A stretch of DNA of 59,755 nt, counting the filler. It is 6 parts of 6 records of this genome, joined end to end, with 100 filler letters (N's around TTAATTAATTAA, not from the genome) between each part and the next. Parts side by side here need not be neighbours in the genome. Positions count along the whole stretch, not along the records: positions 1 to 7,073 come from SRR2962707_416; positions 7,174 to 22,703 come from SRR2962707_417; 4 more parts are not named here. One strand, given 5' to 3'. The notes beneath the pieces were generated by a model. It saw only the letters and a program-made list of their open reading frames with translations. It ran no database searches and was not told the origin of the DNA. Numbering within the stretch: position 1 is the first letter of the stretch; each line of letters opens with the position of its first letter. Position numbers and translations under genes: made by a program. Shown here piece by piece: positions 1 to 11,300 of the stretch.

Positions 1-23
1 AGTGAGTGAGTGAGTGAGTGAGT
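1..23. repeat. (AGTG)n microsatellite at window/contig start
   Basis: agtgagtgagtgagtgagtgagt read directly. Confidence 0.9.
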
Positions 24-246
24 CTTCGTTGGTGAGTTATTTCAAAGTGGTAGGTGTATGTATGCCGTCATCGTGCTTGGTCTATCTTCCCGTCGTGTGT
101 TGTGTGAGTTTGTGTGAGTGAAATCAACTTTGACTTTGATTTTCGAGACCTTTTTCAAGACCTTGTCGACTGACTCTTTTTCACTCTTCGTAAAAGGCAG
201 GAAATAAGCGCAACACAAGTTCGGAAACACAGAACCAACGATCGCC

Positions 247-1761
247 ATGTCCACCGCCGTCAAGTCCACCGCCACAGCCGAGGAATGCCGGGCGCGTGCA
301 GAGAGTCTGGTCGCGTTCTTCAACGCCGCTCCGACCGGCTTCCACGCTGTTGCTGAGGCCAAGAGGCAGCTTTCCGCTGCGGGCTTCGTGGAGCTTTCGG
401 AGCGTGCGGAGTGGGCGCTTGAGGCTGGCGGCAAGTACTTCTTCTCACGGAATAGCAGTGCTCTTGTCGCGTTTGCGGTTGGTGCCAAGTTCAAGCCGGG
501 CAACGGCGCGTTCATGGTGGGTGCTCACACTGACAGCCCGTGCCTCAAGCTCAAGCCAGTGTCCAAGGCGGACTCCGTTGGCGTGCTGGAGATTGCAGTC
601 CAGACCTACGGTGGAGGCCTGTGGTCCACTTGGTTTGACCGTGACCTGGGTGTTGCTGGGCGTGTGCTTGTTAAGGGGGCGGACGGAGCCATTGCGCAGC
701 ACCTCGTCCGCATCGACCGTCCCATCTGCCGCATTCCAATGCTGGCAATTCACATGGCCCGCGGCACAGGGACCAAGATCGAGATAAACCCAGAAGACCA
801 TCTCAAAGCTGTTTTGTGCTCGAGCGTCGAAGAAAGTGTAAACGTCGGAGATGCTGCCAGCACCACCGTCGAGACTTCCGGTGAGGGCGGTGGCGCGGCG
901 GCGGCTGATGCTGAGCCGGGGACCCATGCAAACCAGGCTCACCACGCAGGGCTTGTTCGCGCTATCGCTGCAGAGATTGGAGTGGCCCCGGAGACTATCG
1001 TCGATTTTGAGCTCCAGCTGCACGACACCCAACCCTCTGCCATTGGTGGCCTGTACGACGAGTACATTTTCTCGGGCCGCATTGACAACCTGTCTTCATG
1101 TTATACGTCTCTGGCGGCGCTTCTGGAGTCAACGGCTGAAGCCGACAGCCTGCAAGAAGAGACTGGCCTTCGCATCATTGTGCATTTTGACCACGAGGAG
1201 GTTGGCAGCAACAGTGCTCCTGGCGCCCAGGGTCCACTCATTGAGCACACCCTCAAGCGCGTGACCGATTTTTTCAGTGCAGGTGCATCTTCCACGCAGG
1301 CATACGAGCGAGCTGTTCAGAACTCGTTCATGATCAGTTGTGACTGCGCCCACGCCGTGCATCCCAACTACGTGTCCAGACACGAGGCCGCGCATCGTCC
1401 CAAGATTAACGGTGGCGTTGTCATCAAGCACAACGTGAATCAGCGTTACGCAACCACCTCCGTTGGCGCCTTCATCTATCGTGAGTGCGGCCGCCTCTCC
1501 GGTACGCCGACCCAGGACTTTGTCGTGCGTCAGGACACTGGATGTGGCTCAACCATTGGCCCTATCACAGCGTCGAACGTGGGAGTGAACACTGTTGATG
1601 TGGGCATGCCGCAATGGAGTATGCATAGTGTGCGCGAGACGATGGGATCCAAAGACCCTGAATACTGCACACGCCAGCTTCGCACTTTCTTCGAAACAGC
1701 ATCCTCGCTCGTGCCGTCCGTCGACGTTGACTCTGCTCCGAAGAAACAGCCAAAGATCTAA
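247..1761 (+). CDS. DNPEP: Aspartyl aminopeptidase (peptidase M18 family), intronless, 504 aa
   Basis: M18 motifs GAHTDSP, YGGGLWSTWFDRDL, GRIDNLSS, FDHEEVGS, DCAHAVHPNY, CGSTIGP, SMHSVRE. Confidence 0.93.
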   Translation: MSTAVKSTATAEECRARAESLVAFFNAAPTGFHAVAEAKRQLSAAGFVELSERAEWALEAGGKYFFSRNSSALVAFAVGAKFKPGNGAFMVGAHTDSPCLKLKPVSKADSVGVLEIAVQTYGGGLWSTWFDRDLGVAGRVLVKGADGAIAQHLVRIDRPICRIPMLAIHMARGTGTKIEINPEDHLKAVLCSSVEESVNVGDAASTTVETSGEGGGAAAADAEPGTHANQAHHAGLVRAIAAEIGVAPETIVDFELQLHDTQPSAIGGLYDEYIFSGRIDNLSSCYTSLAALLESTAEADSLQEETGLRIIVHFDHEEVGSNSAPGAQGPLIEHTLKRVTDFFSAGASSTQAYERAVQNSFMISCDCAHAVHPNYVSRHEAAHRPKINGGVVIKHNVNQRYATTSVGAFIYRECGRLSGTPTQDFVVRQDTGCGSTIGPITASNVGVNTVDVGMPQWSMHSVRETMGSKDPEYCTRQLRTFFETASSLVPSVDVDSAPKKQPKI

Positions 1762-2083
1762 ACGGCAACGGCAAATACTGGTGCAGACCACGCTTTTTCC
1801 ACCCCTGTTATTCCGTCACTCCATCAAGGTGCTGCATTTTTTTGCCGCCGAGCGGCGCTCAGGAGTCGCTTTCGAATCTGACGTTTGCACCACGCAGCAC
1901 AACCACAGAACATGAATGCAGATGAAGAAAACTTTCAATGGGCGTGAACTTGTCCTTGCACGTCTGGCGATTTGTAATCTTATGGCACTGGCGAAAGAAT
2001 ATGACCATAAAGAATATAATTTGGGCGCTGAGCAAATTACATTGAACCGCAAACAGCGCGCAAAACACTCTCCAGTCCTATTT

Positions 2084-4034
2084 CTACACAAACGCGATGA
2101 GTTCTTCACAGGCTGCACCTGTGTTGGTACTCGCGCAAAGACATAGGCCCGAGGTTTCTTCGCAAACTCCAGCGTTTGAGCATGGTAAATCCGTGACGTA
2201 GTCCATGTCAACAAGGTCCGTAATTGCGTTGTCCGAGAACAACGTCAAGCCTGGCCAGCTCAAGCCGTTTGACTGCCCCACCAACTTCGCGTGATTGGCA
2301 TTTTGGTCCTCGACAATGAGGTTGAGCTCGGACGCTGTGCCACTGTCAAGATCAAAGCAGAACCCACCGGCGGCTTCATAGGCAGCAACATCATCTTCGT
2401 GAACAAATTCGTTCACAGCAACTCCTGTTGAAGCATCGCGCGACCAGCACAAGTCGTTCAGGCCTGAGCTTTTGGGCGAAGTTCTCCATTCAGGGAGTCC
2501 CACATGAAGGGCAGAGCACGTCGACAGGGCTGAAGATTCGAAACGCGGGCTTGCGCCCGGAGCGTTAGTGTTGTCGCCAATTTGACAACTGAATAAATTC
2601 TTTCGACTTCCACCAACGCCTGGGTCGAAGCTGATGACGAACGCCGCCACTGAGCACTCCTCCAACTCTGCTGTCACGTAGGTAGACGTGAAATCTGTTG
2701 ATGGCACGCAAACGTTTCCTCCAGAATCACATTCGCCTGCTGTGACTTGTGTGTTGGGGCCGCATGAAACGCAATCTGCATCGGTCGTGCAGGGCACTGC
2801 AAACGCCGGGTCATCAACCTCGAAAAGTCCAACGTTACACTTTCTCTCAAAGAACCCTAGGCGGCGTCCCCAAAACGACCCACCAATCGACACTGATTGA
2901 TAGATCCCATCTGGTGTGAAGGAGGAGGCACATTCATCAGTGACAAACTCATCCATGCCATCGGTGACTAAGCAGTCCGAGCCACTTGTTTCCACACAAA
3001 TACCCAAATCGGTTTCGCACACCACAGTGACCCCAGCATCCAACCCGAACTTGGTCTCGCAATCGCTGTCCAGAGTGCACGACGAATCCTTGAACGCATC
3101 ATAGAACCACGTTTCACATGCAAGGTTGCGGAAAGTCCCATCCGTCTCCAAGGTCGAGCCAGCAGTGTAGGAGTCGGAATCACTGGACTCGGTGTAGTCC
3201 TGAAGCGGCCAAATCTTTGCCACTTTGATGTTTGTCAGGGCGTAGCTGGGCAAAGCATAAAGTGCCTGCTGCACGACAAGAGCATCATCCCAAAAATTAA
3301 TCGGCCGAGTGGTTGTCTTGCCGTTGAAGGCATCTGTGAATTGCAAGGAAAAGTAGTTGTCGAACTCCACTGTGGCCATGGTGGCAAAGCTTTTTTCGAA
3401 CGAAACGGTAATAGCTTGGATGTCGTTATGGGACGACATTCCCCCGTCACAGGTTGCCTCAACCATAGAAGATTCTGGGCAAATGCGCACAGAACAGTCG
3501 ATGCCGATAAACCCAGGGTCACACAGGCATTGTGTACTTTTGTCGTGGTCCCAGTACATTTTTTGGTACTGCAGCAGGTTGTTGGCTCCGTATCCGTCCG
3601 GGGCGACCTCAGAACTCTTGACGCAGATGCCGTTGCCACTGCAATCGTTCGGGCAGGTTGCCCTTCGACAGCCAGTGCCACTGTACCCGTCGATGCAGTT
3701 GCAAATCCCCGTTGAGCGATCGCAAGCGCCAACACCTGAACACTCCTCGTAAGCGTGGAGCCCTTTCGGGTAGTTTGGTGTCGCCATGTCAAAAAGATCA
3801 ACCTCGTTCCGGGTCACCCACCCAACGCCGAATGGGCAAATGCGTTCGTTGCAGTTGAATCCGGTCCATTCATCGAAACAGGTGCAGAAATCGCTAGTGA
3901 TCACAAAGCAAACAATGCGTGAAACTGGGGAGTCATGTTGGGCAAGGCACACAGAGACACCGACACTGCCAAAACTGCAATAAAAAAAACGAGCAAACGT
4001 ACTGTGCACCGCAGGTACCGTGGCCGTTGCAAGA
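2084..4034 (-). CDS. EGF-like repeat protein of the tubular mastigoneme (Sig1/Ocm-like) type; exons 4034-4003 and 3893-2084; 5' exon(s) with signal peptide unresolved further upstream
   Basis: Splicing GTACGT...CTAG (intron 4002-3894) gives [33 protein letters not shown]. It is followed by ECSGVGACDRSTGICNC, CPNDCSGNGIC, WDHDKSTQCLCDPGFIGIDCSVRICP and a terminal EGF domain CSNAGVCEETSGLCLCASTNTGAACE. The first ~60 aa of the ORF-track protein are intron read-through. Confidence 0.75.
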
Positions 4035-5683
4035 CTGAGAACAAAAGGCTGATACACCCGGCACAAGGCACGCCGAGACAAGGGAAAGACGCCACATACC
4101 GATGCTGCGTCAACTCTTTGAACAACAATATCAGCCAGTGTACTTCACGCGTTCGATTTGCTGCCAAGTCTAGGCAGCACGGCAGAACATGCCATGCAGC
4201 ACAGAACTTCTTCCCTTCAGTGCGCTTCGTCCAGCAGCAGTTCCAGCAAAGCAACAGTGACTGCCAGGCAAACAATTAAAAAAAAAATACTCGTGTTCAA
4301 GAAAGCCACACATTCACTAGTGCGAAGGAAATTGTGTTCGCCAAGAACTGCGCAGCCGAGGCTCATCGTCACCGACAGCTTCGGATGACCCAGGGGTTGC
4401 CGACTCATGTGTGCGCACAGAGACACTCCTCATTCTCCCACACCACAGAAGATTACTCTCGCAGGCACACTGTACTCCCCTCGCTGCACCCCCTTCTTCT
4501 TTGACTCGGGATTTCGCTCACGACCGCACAAGTAGCTGGCAACCCGTGCTCTGACCAAAACAGCGGGTCGATTGATAGTTGTTTGCGAAGCAATGCCACC
4601 AGGCGCACACCAGGCGCACGTCGTGCACTTGAGCGAGCGAGGTTGTGATCCAACGGAATAACGCACATTACATCAACCGCACCAGCAGGGAATCTCACGC
4701 ATAGCTCGAGAACTCCCCACCTGTACTCATACCAACGGTCTGATAACCAGGCCCTCCGCTCTTCACCCGAACACAGGAGCCTCGCCCGCCGCTAGCTCAG
4801 CGGCTATGCCTTCAAGGGGCGCATCACCAAAGGCAACTTTCTAGGTAGGCAAACTGTTTCTGTTTCAGCGCCATCAACACGACAAATCCAACACATGCAG
4901 TGCATGGCATCAACTGGTATATTCCGCTATCGCAAAAAGTGCGCCAAAAGTCAATATCACCATAGTCGTCGACATTTCGCCGTCACGCACGAACGAATCA
5001 GTGCACATGAATAAGGGGAAAGTTCACATTGCCGGGCGCTGCGAATCGGCTATTTCTTATAACAGGTGGAGGAAAGAAAAACGCCCTCTCACTTTCAAAC
5101 GATAAACGCCTGCTGCTGCAACACACCAATTGCATCTCGGCTGAAAGCCTTGGCCCCGAGAAAAGTTTTGTGTCCGGTAAAACAGAGTGGTAATAGTAAC
5201 CTCACTGCTCACCTTGTCAATAGTCAGCTGACCCCGTGTCGCAGCACTAAGTACTAAAAGGCTAAATTGTCGAGATGGATTGACTGTAGGTATTCAGATA
5301 CTGCAAAAATAACGAACACGAACCACGATTTTCTAGAGAAGGAAATTGGTAAATCAGACTATAACATAGGTGATGAGAGGTGGAAAATGACTATTTAACG
5401 AACGGTAGGTATGTGGACACATGGTTTCTGCCGTTTTTTTTTTTTTTTTGTTCGCAGGTGTGTGTGTTGTTGTGAGTCGTGACTCGTGTGTTGAAGAAGA
5501 AGAAGGCTTGAAAAAGCTTTCAAGCAACATTCTCCAGGACTGGGGAGGTTAATAAGGTTCCGTCTTTTTCCTTGCTGTTGGCGTTCTTGCTGCCGCATCG
5601 GTGTTTCATTTTTTTTTCTTTTTTGTTTCCCAGCTTTTTCCGCGAGGGCAATTAATGAATTGCTGAAACGAAGCAGCGAACTA

Positions 5684-5980
5684 ATGAGCAGCTCTACTGC
5701 AGACCACAAAGCGAGTTGGCTGACCGGGTATCAGTCCTTTGGGATCCACGGGCTCACAAACTACCCAGTCGTAGCGGACTACCCACAGGAGTTGAAAAAG
5801 CAGGTTGTTGACGATGCCATGCAGAACAAAATCAGCATTATGGCGGAGCTTCGAGAGGAACGCCGACGCCAGCGCGATCGTACCCAGGCATCGTCTTTGA
5901 TCCAAAGAGCTTACCGATCGAGACCAACTGGGGTGGATCATGTCATCAACAACAAGACTGCACTTGGGATTCGACCCTGA
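5684..5980 (+). CDS. Small hypothetical protein (98 aa) with a charged helix and IQ-like motif
   Basis: ATG at 5684, protein-like composition, ASSLIQRAYRS resembles an IQ motif; intron-like poly-T/CAG tracts lie upstream. Confidence 0.45.
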   Translation: MSSSTADHKASWLTGYQSFGIHGLTNYPVVADYPQELKKQVVDDAMQNKISIMAELREERRRQRDRTQASSLIQRAYRSRPTGVDHVINNKTALGIRP

Positions 5981-6187
5981 CGTCGCTGGCCCTGTGTGAG
6001 TGTGCGTGCTTTTGTCGAATGTCCACGTTGTCATTCGGCTTCAAACGTTATTTATTAGTTAATAAGCAAGTCAGACTTACCAGCACCGTACCGTTCGCCA
6101 ACATCACCAGCTCAAGTCGGTATGCTGCAGTATTGACAGTCATGTAAACTCGCTCTCCAACACGCGCGCGACATGGCACACTGTGTC

Positions 6188-6769
6188 TCACGAAGCCCAT
6201 TGTGTCCCATTGGCCAGAATGACCTTTTTCTTTCGAAATGCATCGAAAGGGTTCTCTGCCACTTTTGAATCTTTGAGCAGGATGCAAGCGTCGATGCGTG
6301 CCAGCTTTGGGTAGGGCTGGTGCCAAAAGTCAAGAACAGCCAAACAATAGATATAAATCAAATGGAATCCAAACTTCAACCGGCACTTGCACTCTCAGGG
6401 GATGCCCCAGTGACAAAGTGCGAGCAAGTTGGTCCAGAGTGAAACGGGAGGCTCAATGCTGGCAAGGCTTTTCAGTCATTCAAAGGCAATCAACACACGA
6501 ACTGGTTCCGCCTTCCTCCATCTGCCCTTAATGTACTCCTCGAAAGACTCCACCGCCTCCAGCTCACCACAGGCTTCTCCGCGTACCGTTCCTGTGCACT
6601 TCTGCTTCGACGGGTTCTGGGACGGAAGTAAAGTTGTGTTGTCAGTGTTGAAACAGTACCCCGTCACTCCAAAGAACTTTCCCGCTTCGATCACGTGCTT
6701 GCGCATCCACACATTCTGCACCCGACCGTATATTTCGAACTCAATGCATCGAAATCGATTGGCAGCCAT
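6188..6769 (-). CDS. Acylphosphatase-family protein; exons 6769-6503 and 6316-6188 (131 aa)
   Basis: FEIYGRVQNVWMRK (cf. GxVQGVxFR), GVTGYCFN (catalytic Asn), GTVRGEACG. The GTTCGT...CAG intron joins in phase 0 to PYPKLARID...F..F. Confidence 0.75.
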
Positions 6770-7043
6770 GGCACAATCGCCAGGATGGTTCAAAAGGCGT
6801 ACCGAAAGTGCAGAAAAAAACGCAATCGAACGCAAGACAAACAGTCCATTCACAAAACAAAAAAAACAAAAACACACAAAAAAAGAGAACCAACAACAAA
6901 CACACAGACGCAGAAACCAAGCAATGACCGTGTCGGTATCTATCTGCTTGTGCCGGCTTGTCAATCTGCCTGTGGCTGCTCTCATCATCTTTCGACGTTG
7001 GAAGTTCCCATCCGCACGATATCGGCAACGTCTCTACGCGCTG

Positions 7044-7073
7044 CACACACGCGCGCGCGCACACACACACACA
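7044..7073. repeat. (CA)n/(CG)n microsatellite at contig end
   Basis: cacacacgcgcgcgcgcacacacacacaca immediately before the N linker. Confidence 0.85.
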
Positions 7074-7173
7074 NNNNNNNNNNNNNNNNNNNNNNNNNNN
7101 NNNNNNNNNNNNNNNNNTTAATTAATTAANNNNNNNNNNNNNNNNNNNNNNNNNNNNNNNNNNNNNNNNNNNN
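7074..7173. other. Artificial contig linker 1
   Basis: 44 N + TTAATTAATTAA (stops in all six frames) + 44 N; identical to the other four linkers. Confidence 0.98.
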
Positions 7174-8344
7174 CTGCTGCTGCTGCTGCTGATGATGATG
7201 ATGTTGATGATGATGATGGTGATGATGATGTTGATCGTGACGGTGGCAAGAAGCCTGGCGCAACCCGCATGTCCGAGGGCGGGAAGTCGAGCAGCAGCAT
7301 TCGAATCGTTGAGGGCCTTTGGCAGCTTTGCCTTCCAGAACTGGGGAAGTTCGACGCAATATTCATGGACGACTACCCTGTTGGGAATGAAACCTTCAGA
7401 GCCGAGCTTCAGAAACGTTTTCCAGCGTAAGTGGATTTTTTTGGAGAGTCTATTTGCTTCCGAGATCGTGCGTGCGTGCGTGTGTGTGATGCTCGTCGCG
7501 TTTTCTTTTCATGCAGTATCGAGTCTGGAGTGAACCTTTGGAATGCGTGGCTCTCTGCCTGCTGGAAGGTATGCAGATATTTATTTTGGAGCACCGTCTA
7601 AATGGGAGGCGTTTGTGGACATTTGTCTCAACTGGCATCTCCATCCAGGAGGGCGCATAGGTGGCTATATGGTAGTTCCAAAGTATCCCACAAGAGCCGA
7701 TTGCACGGCATATATGTTTCCGTACGAGGCAGTGGTGTCCAAGGTTTGTTTTCTTCTTGCGAAGGAGTGCCAACCACTGATGGTTGTTCTGTAAGGCAAA
7801 CCGCGTCGAGTTCATGACTTTTAAAATTGCATGCTTGTTCAACGATGCGAATTGCTGCGACTGCTTGGGACTTTTTACCTGGCTGCCGCAGACCTGCAAA
7901 TATGTGAGCAACAACCAACCACGGGGCTTTGGATCCGTGCGAATCAGCAATGGCATTGATGAAGATAAATCCGAAGAATGCGAATTGCCCACCCAACACT
8001 TGCCACTGAATGGAAATGGCAATCAGCCCTCGCCAGTGTCGTCCCAGCCAGCGACGCGCACGGGGTCAACCGTGCGGACCATGGTCATACCAAAATTAAT
8101 TTTTACTCCCCAGAACGCTGGCTCCAACTCCTCGCTGGGCGCCGTGCGTCGGAAACAATTTCGGTCTCACGCCTTCAATCACAAAGTGGTTGTGAGCAAT
8201 GCCGATGAAGCATTGAAGGCGTTTCAGCTTCGACAAGCGAAACGAAAGGCGAAAGATGTCGCAGGGAGTGCAAGCAGTGACAGCATTGTTACTAGGGAAA
8301 AAAAAATGCTGAGCGAAGAGAATGTTGAATCAGGAAATATGTAG
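7174..8344 (+). CDS. 5'-truncated SAM-dependent methyltransferase, GAMT/RMT2-like; exons <7174-7426, 7569-7743, 7892-8344
   Basis: Spliced product reads ...IRIVEGLWQLCLPELGKFDAIFMDDYP...KRFPAYADIYF...FVDICLNWHLHPGGRIGGY...VSKTCKY...TMVIPKL. This matches the GAMT/RMT2 pattern (GxWxxxxPxLxxFDxIxxDxYP; LxPGG; CxY..MIxP). Introns GTAAGT...AAG and GTTTGT...CAG are phase-consistent. Confidence 0.7.
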
Positions 8345-8389
8345 TCTCAGACCCAAACTTATATTTATGTCGTCCGGCAAACTTTTTAT

Positions 8390-11300
8390 TTAATAGAACC
8401 GAAAACTAGCGAGAGCCTGGTCGACATCAATGCCACGCTGGGGAAACCAACTTGGGCGTTGGTGAAAGTTTGAGAGGCTGTCCCTGGCGTCCATGGCATC
8501 CTTGCACGCATCTTCAAACGCAAAACAGAGCTTCTTGACCAAATTAGTCCATTTTATAGCAGCAACCATATCTCGACTAGTTGGAATGTTCGGAAAAATG
8601 CAGTGCGGCGGCGGCGGAGCTTCGTGCATGCTGCCCAAAACGTCTCTTGCAACGACCGCCTGCCCAGAATCGCTTTTGTGCGGACTGGGTTCGTGTCTGG
8701 TTGGTTGAAGTGAACTACGTTGTGGAACTATGTACATTCTTGGCCACAAGTACTCATACCACTCTGGCAGTGGAGAGTGCAGACCTTGTATAAGCTGAAC
8801 CCACGCCTCCGGCGTCATTTTTCCGCCAGGGATCGGTGCTAATTGCCTCCTGGCTGCTTCCTCTTCGGCCTGTTGGGCGCGTTCACGTGCTCGGCGACGT
8901 GCCCTGGCGGTTGATGGGCGGGATCCCGAAGAGCGGGGACGTGCAGACACCGAATCCGATGCTTGTGGTGGTCGTCTGTCTCCACTTAAGCAAACACTGT
9001 CAGCGGAGGTTTGAGTTTTGTTTGGGGTTTCATCAGGAGTATCGTGCAACGGTCGTGGTGCGGCACATGCAGATTCGCCAACAGGGCGTCGCGATTCCAA
9101 GGCGACTGTGCCATTGTGATCTTCGCGGTCTCCCAATAGTTCTAGGTCAGTGACCATTTCAACTTCACAGTACCGAACGTTGTCCCACATGACGTCAGCC
9201 ACCACAAAAATTTGACCTTCCGAAATCGCTGTTTGTTGGGCAAAATATTGCGCGAGAGCACCAGAGGAGGTGCTACTCACACCACTCGTGGGGCTGTCGT
9301 CTGTGGCATGGCTTTTGGATTTTGCAAGCTCTGCTGCCCGCCTCCGAAATTCTCGTGATCCTGGAATTTTTGCCTCGTCATCCAGCATTTGTTGGCGTCC
9401 CGGTAAAGCCTCGATGTCGATCTCTTTCTTGGGTTGCCATTCAGCAGCAAAAATGCATCGTACATTCAATACAGTTCCCGTGTTGGCAAACTTCCAAGGG
9501 TGTGGGCGGTCATCAACGCGAACTCCAGGATGGTGGGAATACGTGTTATTCAGAGGACCACAGTACCGCACGCGATCACCCTCCGTGAGACCACATGCGT
9601 CTCTTGTGGTGGAGACGGCTGGAAGGTCACGTGTGGGAGACTCACAGTTTTTTATCCCACGTTGACACAACGCACGTACGTAGAGTAAATGGTGAAACTG
9701 GCGCAAAAAAGCTGGTTCGGAAACTGTCCCGCTTCCGTCGCACATCCTGGCAAAGAGCAGGCTGCACATGCTGACGTTGCAACCTAAAGGCTGACTGGTC
9801 AGCTGATCTGACCCGGTGGCATATGGCTGGGGACCTTCTGGTTGTGCCGTTTTTGCTTCATCGGTCATGAATGGCGAAGCGCTGTCACACAGGTTTCCTC
9901 CCGTCACAGAGCGTGGCAAGCAGAGTTCTTCACGAAGGAAGCGACGAAACTGCGCGAACGACATGCGGGCCATTTGTCTTGCGTCGTCTGCAAGCTCCGC
10001 ACAGCGATAATGCGACCGAAATACCTGCGCTTCTTCCCCACCGTTTTTGGGCAGAGGACGGAGAGGTGCACTTCCTGCGTAGCGTTGGAAAGCGCGCCGA
10101 CCGCGTTTCCGAACCAACCGCTGAACTTGGCCCACAACCCGGTCTTTGTCAACAGCACTGCTGACTCTACGCACCGCGCCGCTGGGAGACGTTGCCTGAA
10201 GCAAATTTTGCACAGAAAAATGGCTGGCAGGAGATTCTGGCTCACTGCTGGTTCCAGCAGTATTTACGGAAACTAGGGCGCCAAAATGCAGTCGAAGTTC
10301 TTGTTCGAGGTCAACGCCACACAGCAAACGAAATTGCTCTTGAATGTTCGTGCGCTGCTCTTCAGAGGGTGCTCTCAGCTGCAAATGAGAATCAAGTGGA
10401 AAGGTCAGCGCCTTGAGTGGTTGGAGCAACTCATCGACGTGGCAGTCAATCAGAAAAGGTTGATTCAAATCGTTTCGACAGATGGCGTAGTAGCGAGACA
10501 ATAAGTCGACCACAACCCCGAGTTCAAATGCCATTGCAGCTGTAAACAAGGCATGCGCTAACATTGGCTGAGAAACGCAGGCTGAGAATGTGCACGTATC
10601 GGACGGCACTTCAGAACTCTCGAATTTATCAAGGTGCTCCTGTTCAGCATTCTGCATCGAGGAATCGAGAACCACAAGTTCATGAACAAGAGCATGATGG
10701 CCGAACACTGCAGCCACAGACAAAAGTGGCAAGTCGGAGAATTGACTGTTCCTGATGTAGCCAACCATTTGCTCTGGCGGAACATTCCCCGTTAAAGCCT
10801 TGAACCCGTCAAGGTCACCGTTTTGCACGACGATTGCGAGTGCACTTAATCGGCGTCGCTGCGCATTTGGCAAGTCAGCAACATCAGAGCAAGATGAACT
10901 CAAATTAGAATTGGTCGCTTCATGAGGAGTGTCCGATGCACCTGAAACGTCGACAGCAAGGTGGGAGCCGACAGCTCGACAAGCTCGAACAAGAGCTGTT
11001 TGCAGGTCCTTCAGATTTGCAGATTGGCGGCAAGTAGCCGCAACCCCAAGCGGAGTGAAACCAGCCGTAAATTCCCTCGCCTGAAGCAGTTCAATCATCG
11101 ATACCTTCACCTGGCCACGACCTTGACAGTCCTCATGCAACGCGGGGCCTTGATCACCGTCTTGTTCGTGACAGGTGCTTTGGGCCAATCCAAAGAGTTG
11201 GTGTTCTGCAATTGGCCCACACAAGATCGATTCTAAGCACCGGGTCGTCTCAGCCTGGCTGCTGTGTTCGGCCGCTTGTGTCGCGCTGCTTATTTGAGCG

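Noticed and set aside
4788-4804. tRNA-like start gccgctagctcag
   Set aside because: Only a short hairpin; no D-loop GG spacing, TTCGA arm or acceptor stem follows
7118-7129. TTAATTAATTAA palindrome recurring five times, as a biological repeat
   Set aside because: Always centred in exactly 100 nt of N padding; it is a six-frame-stop linker added during contig concatenation
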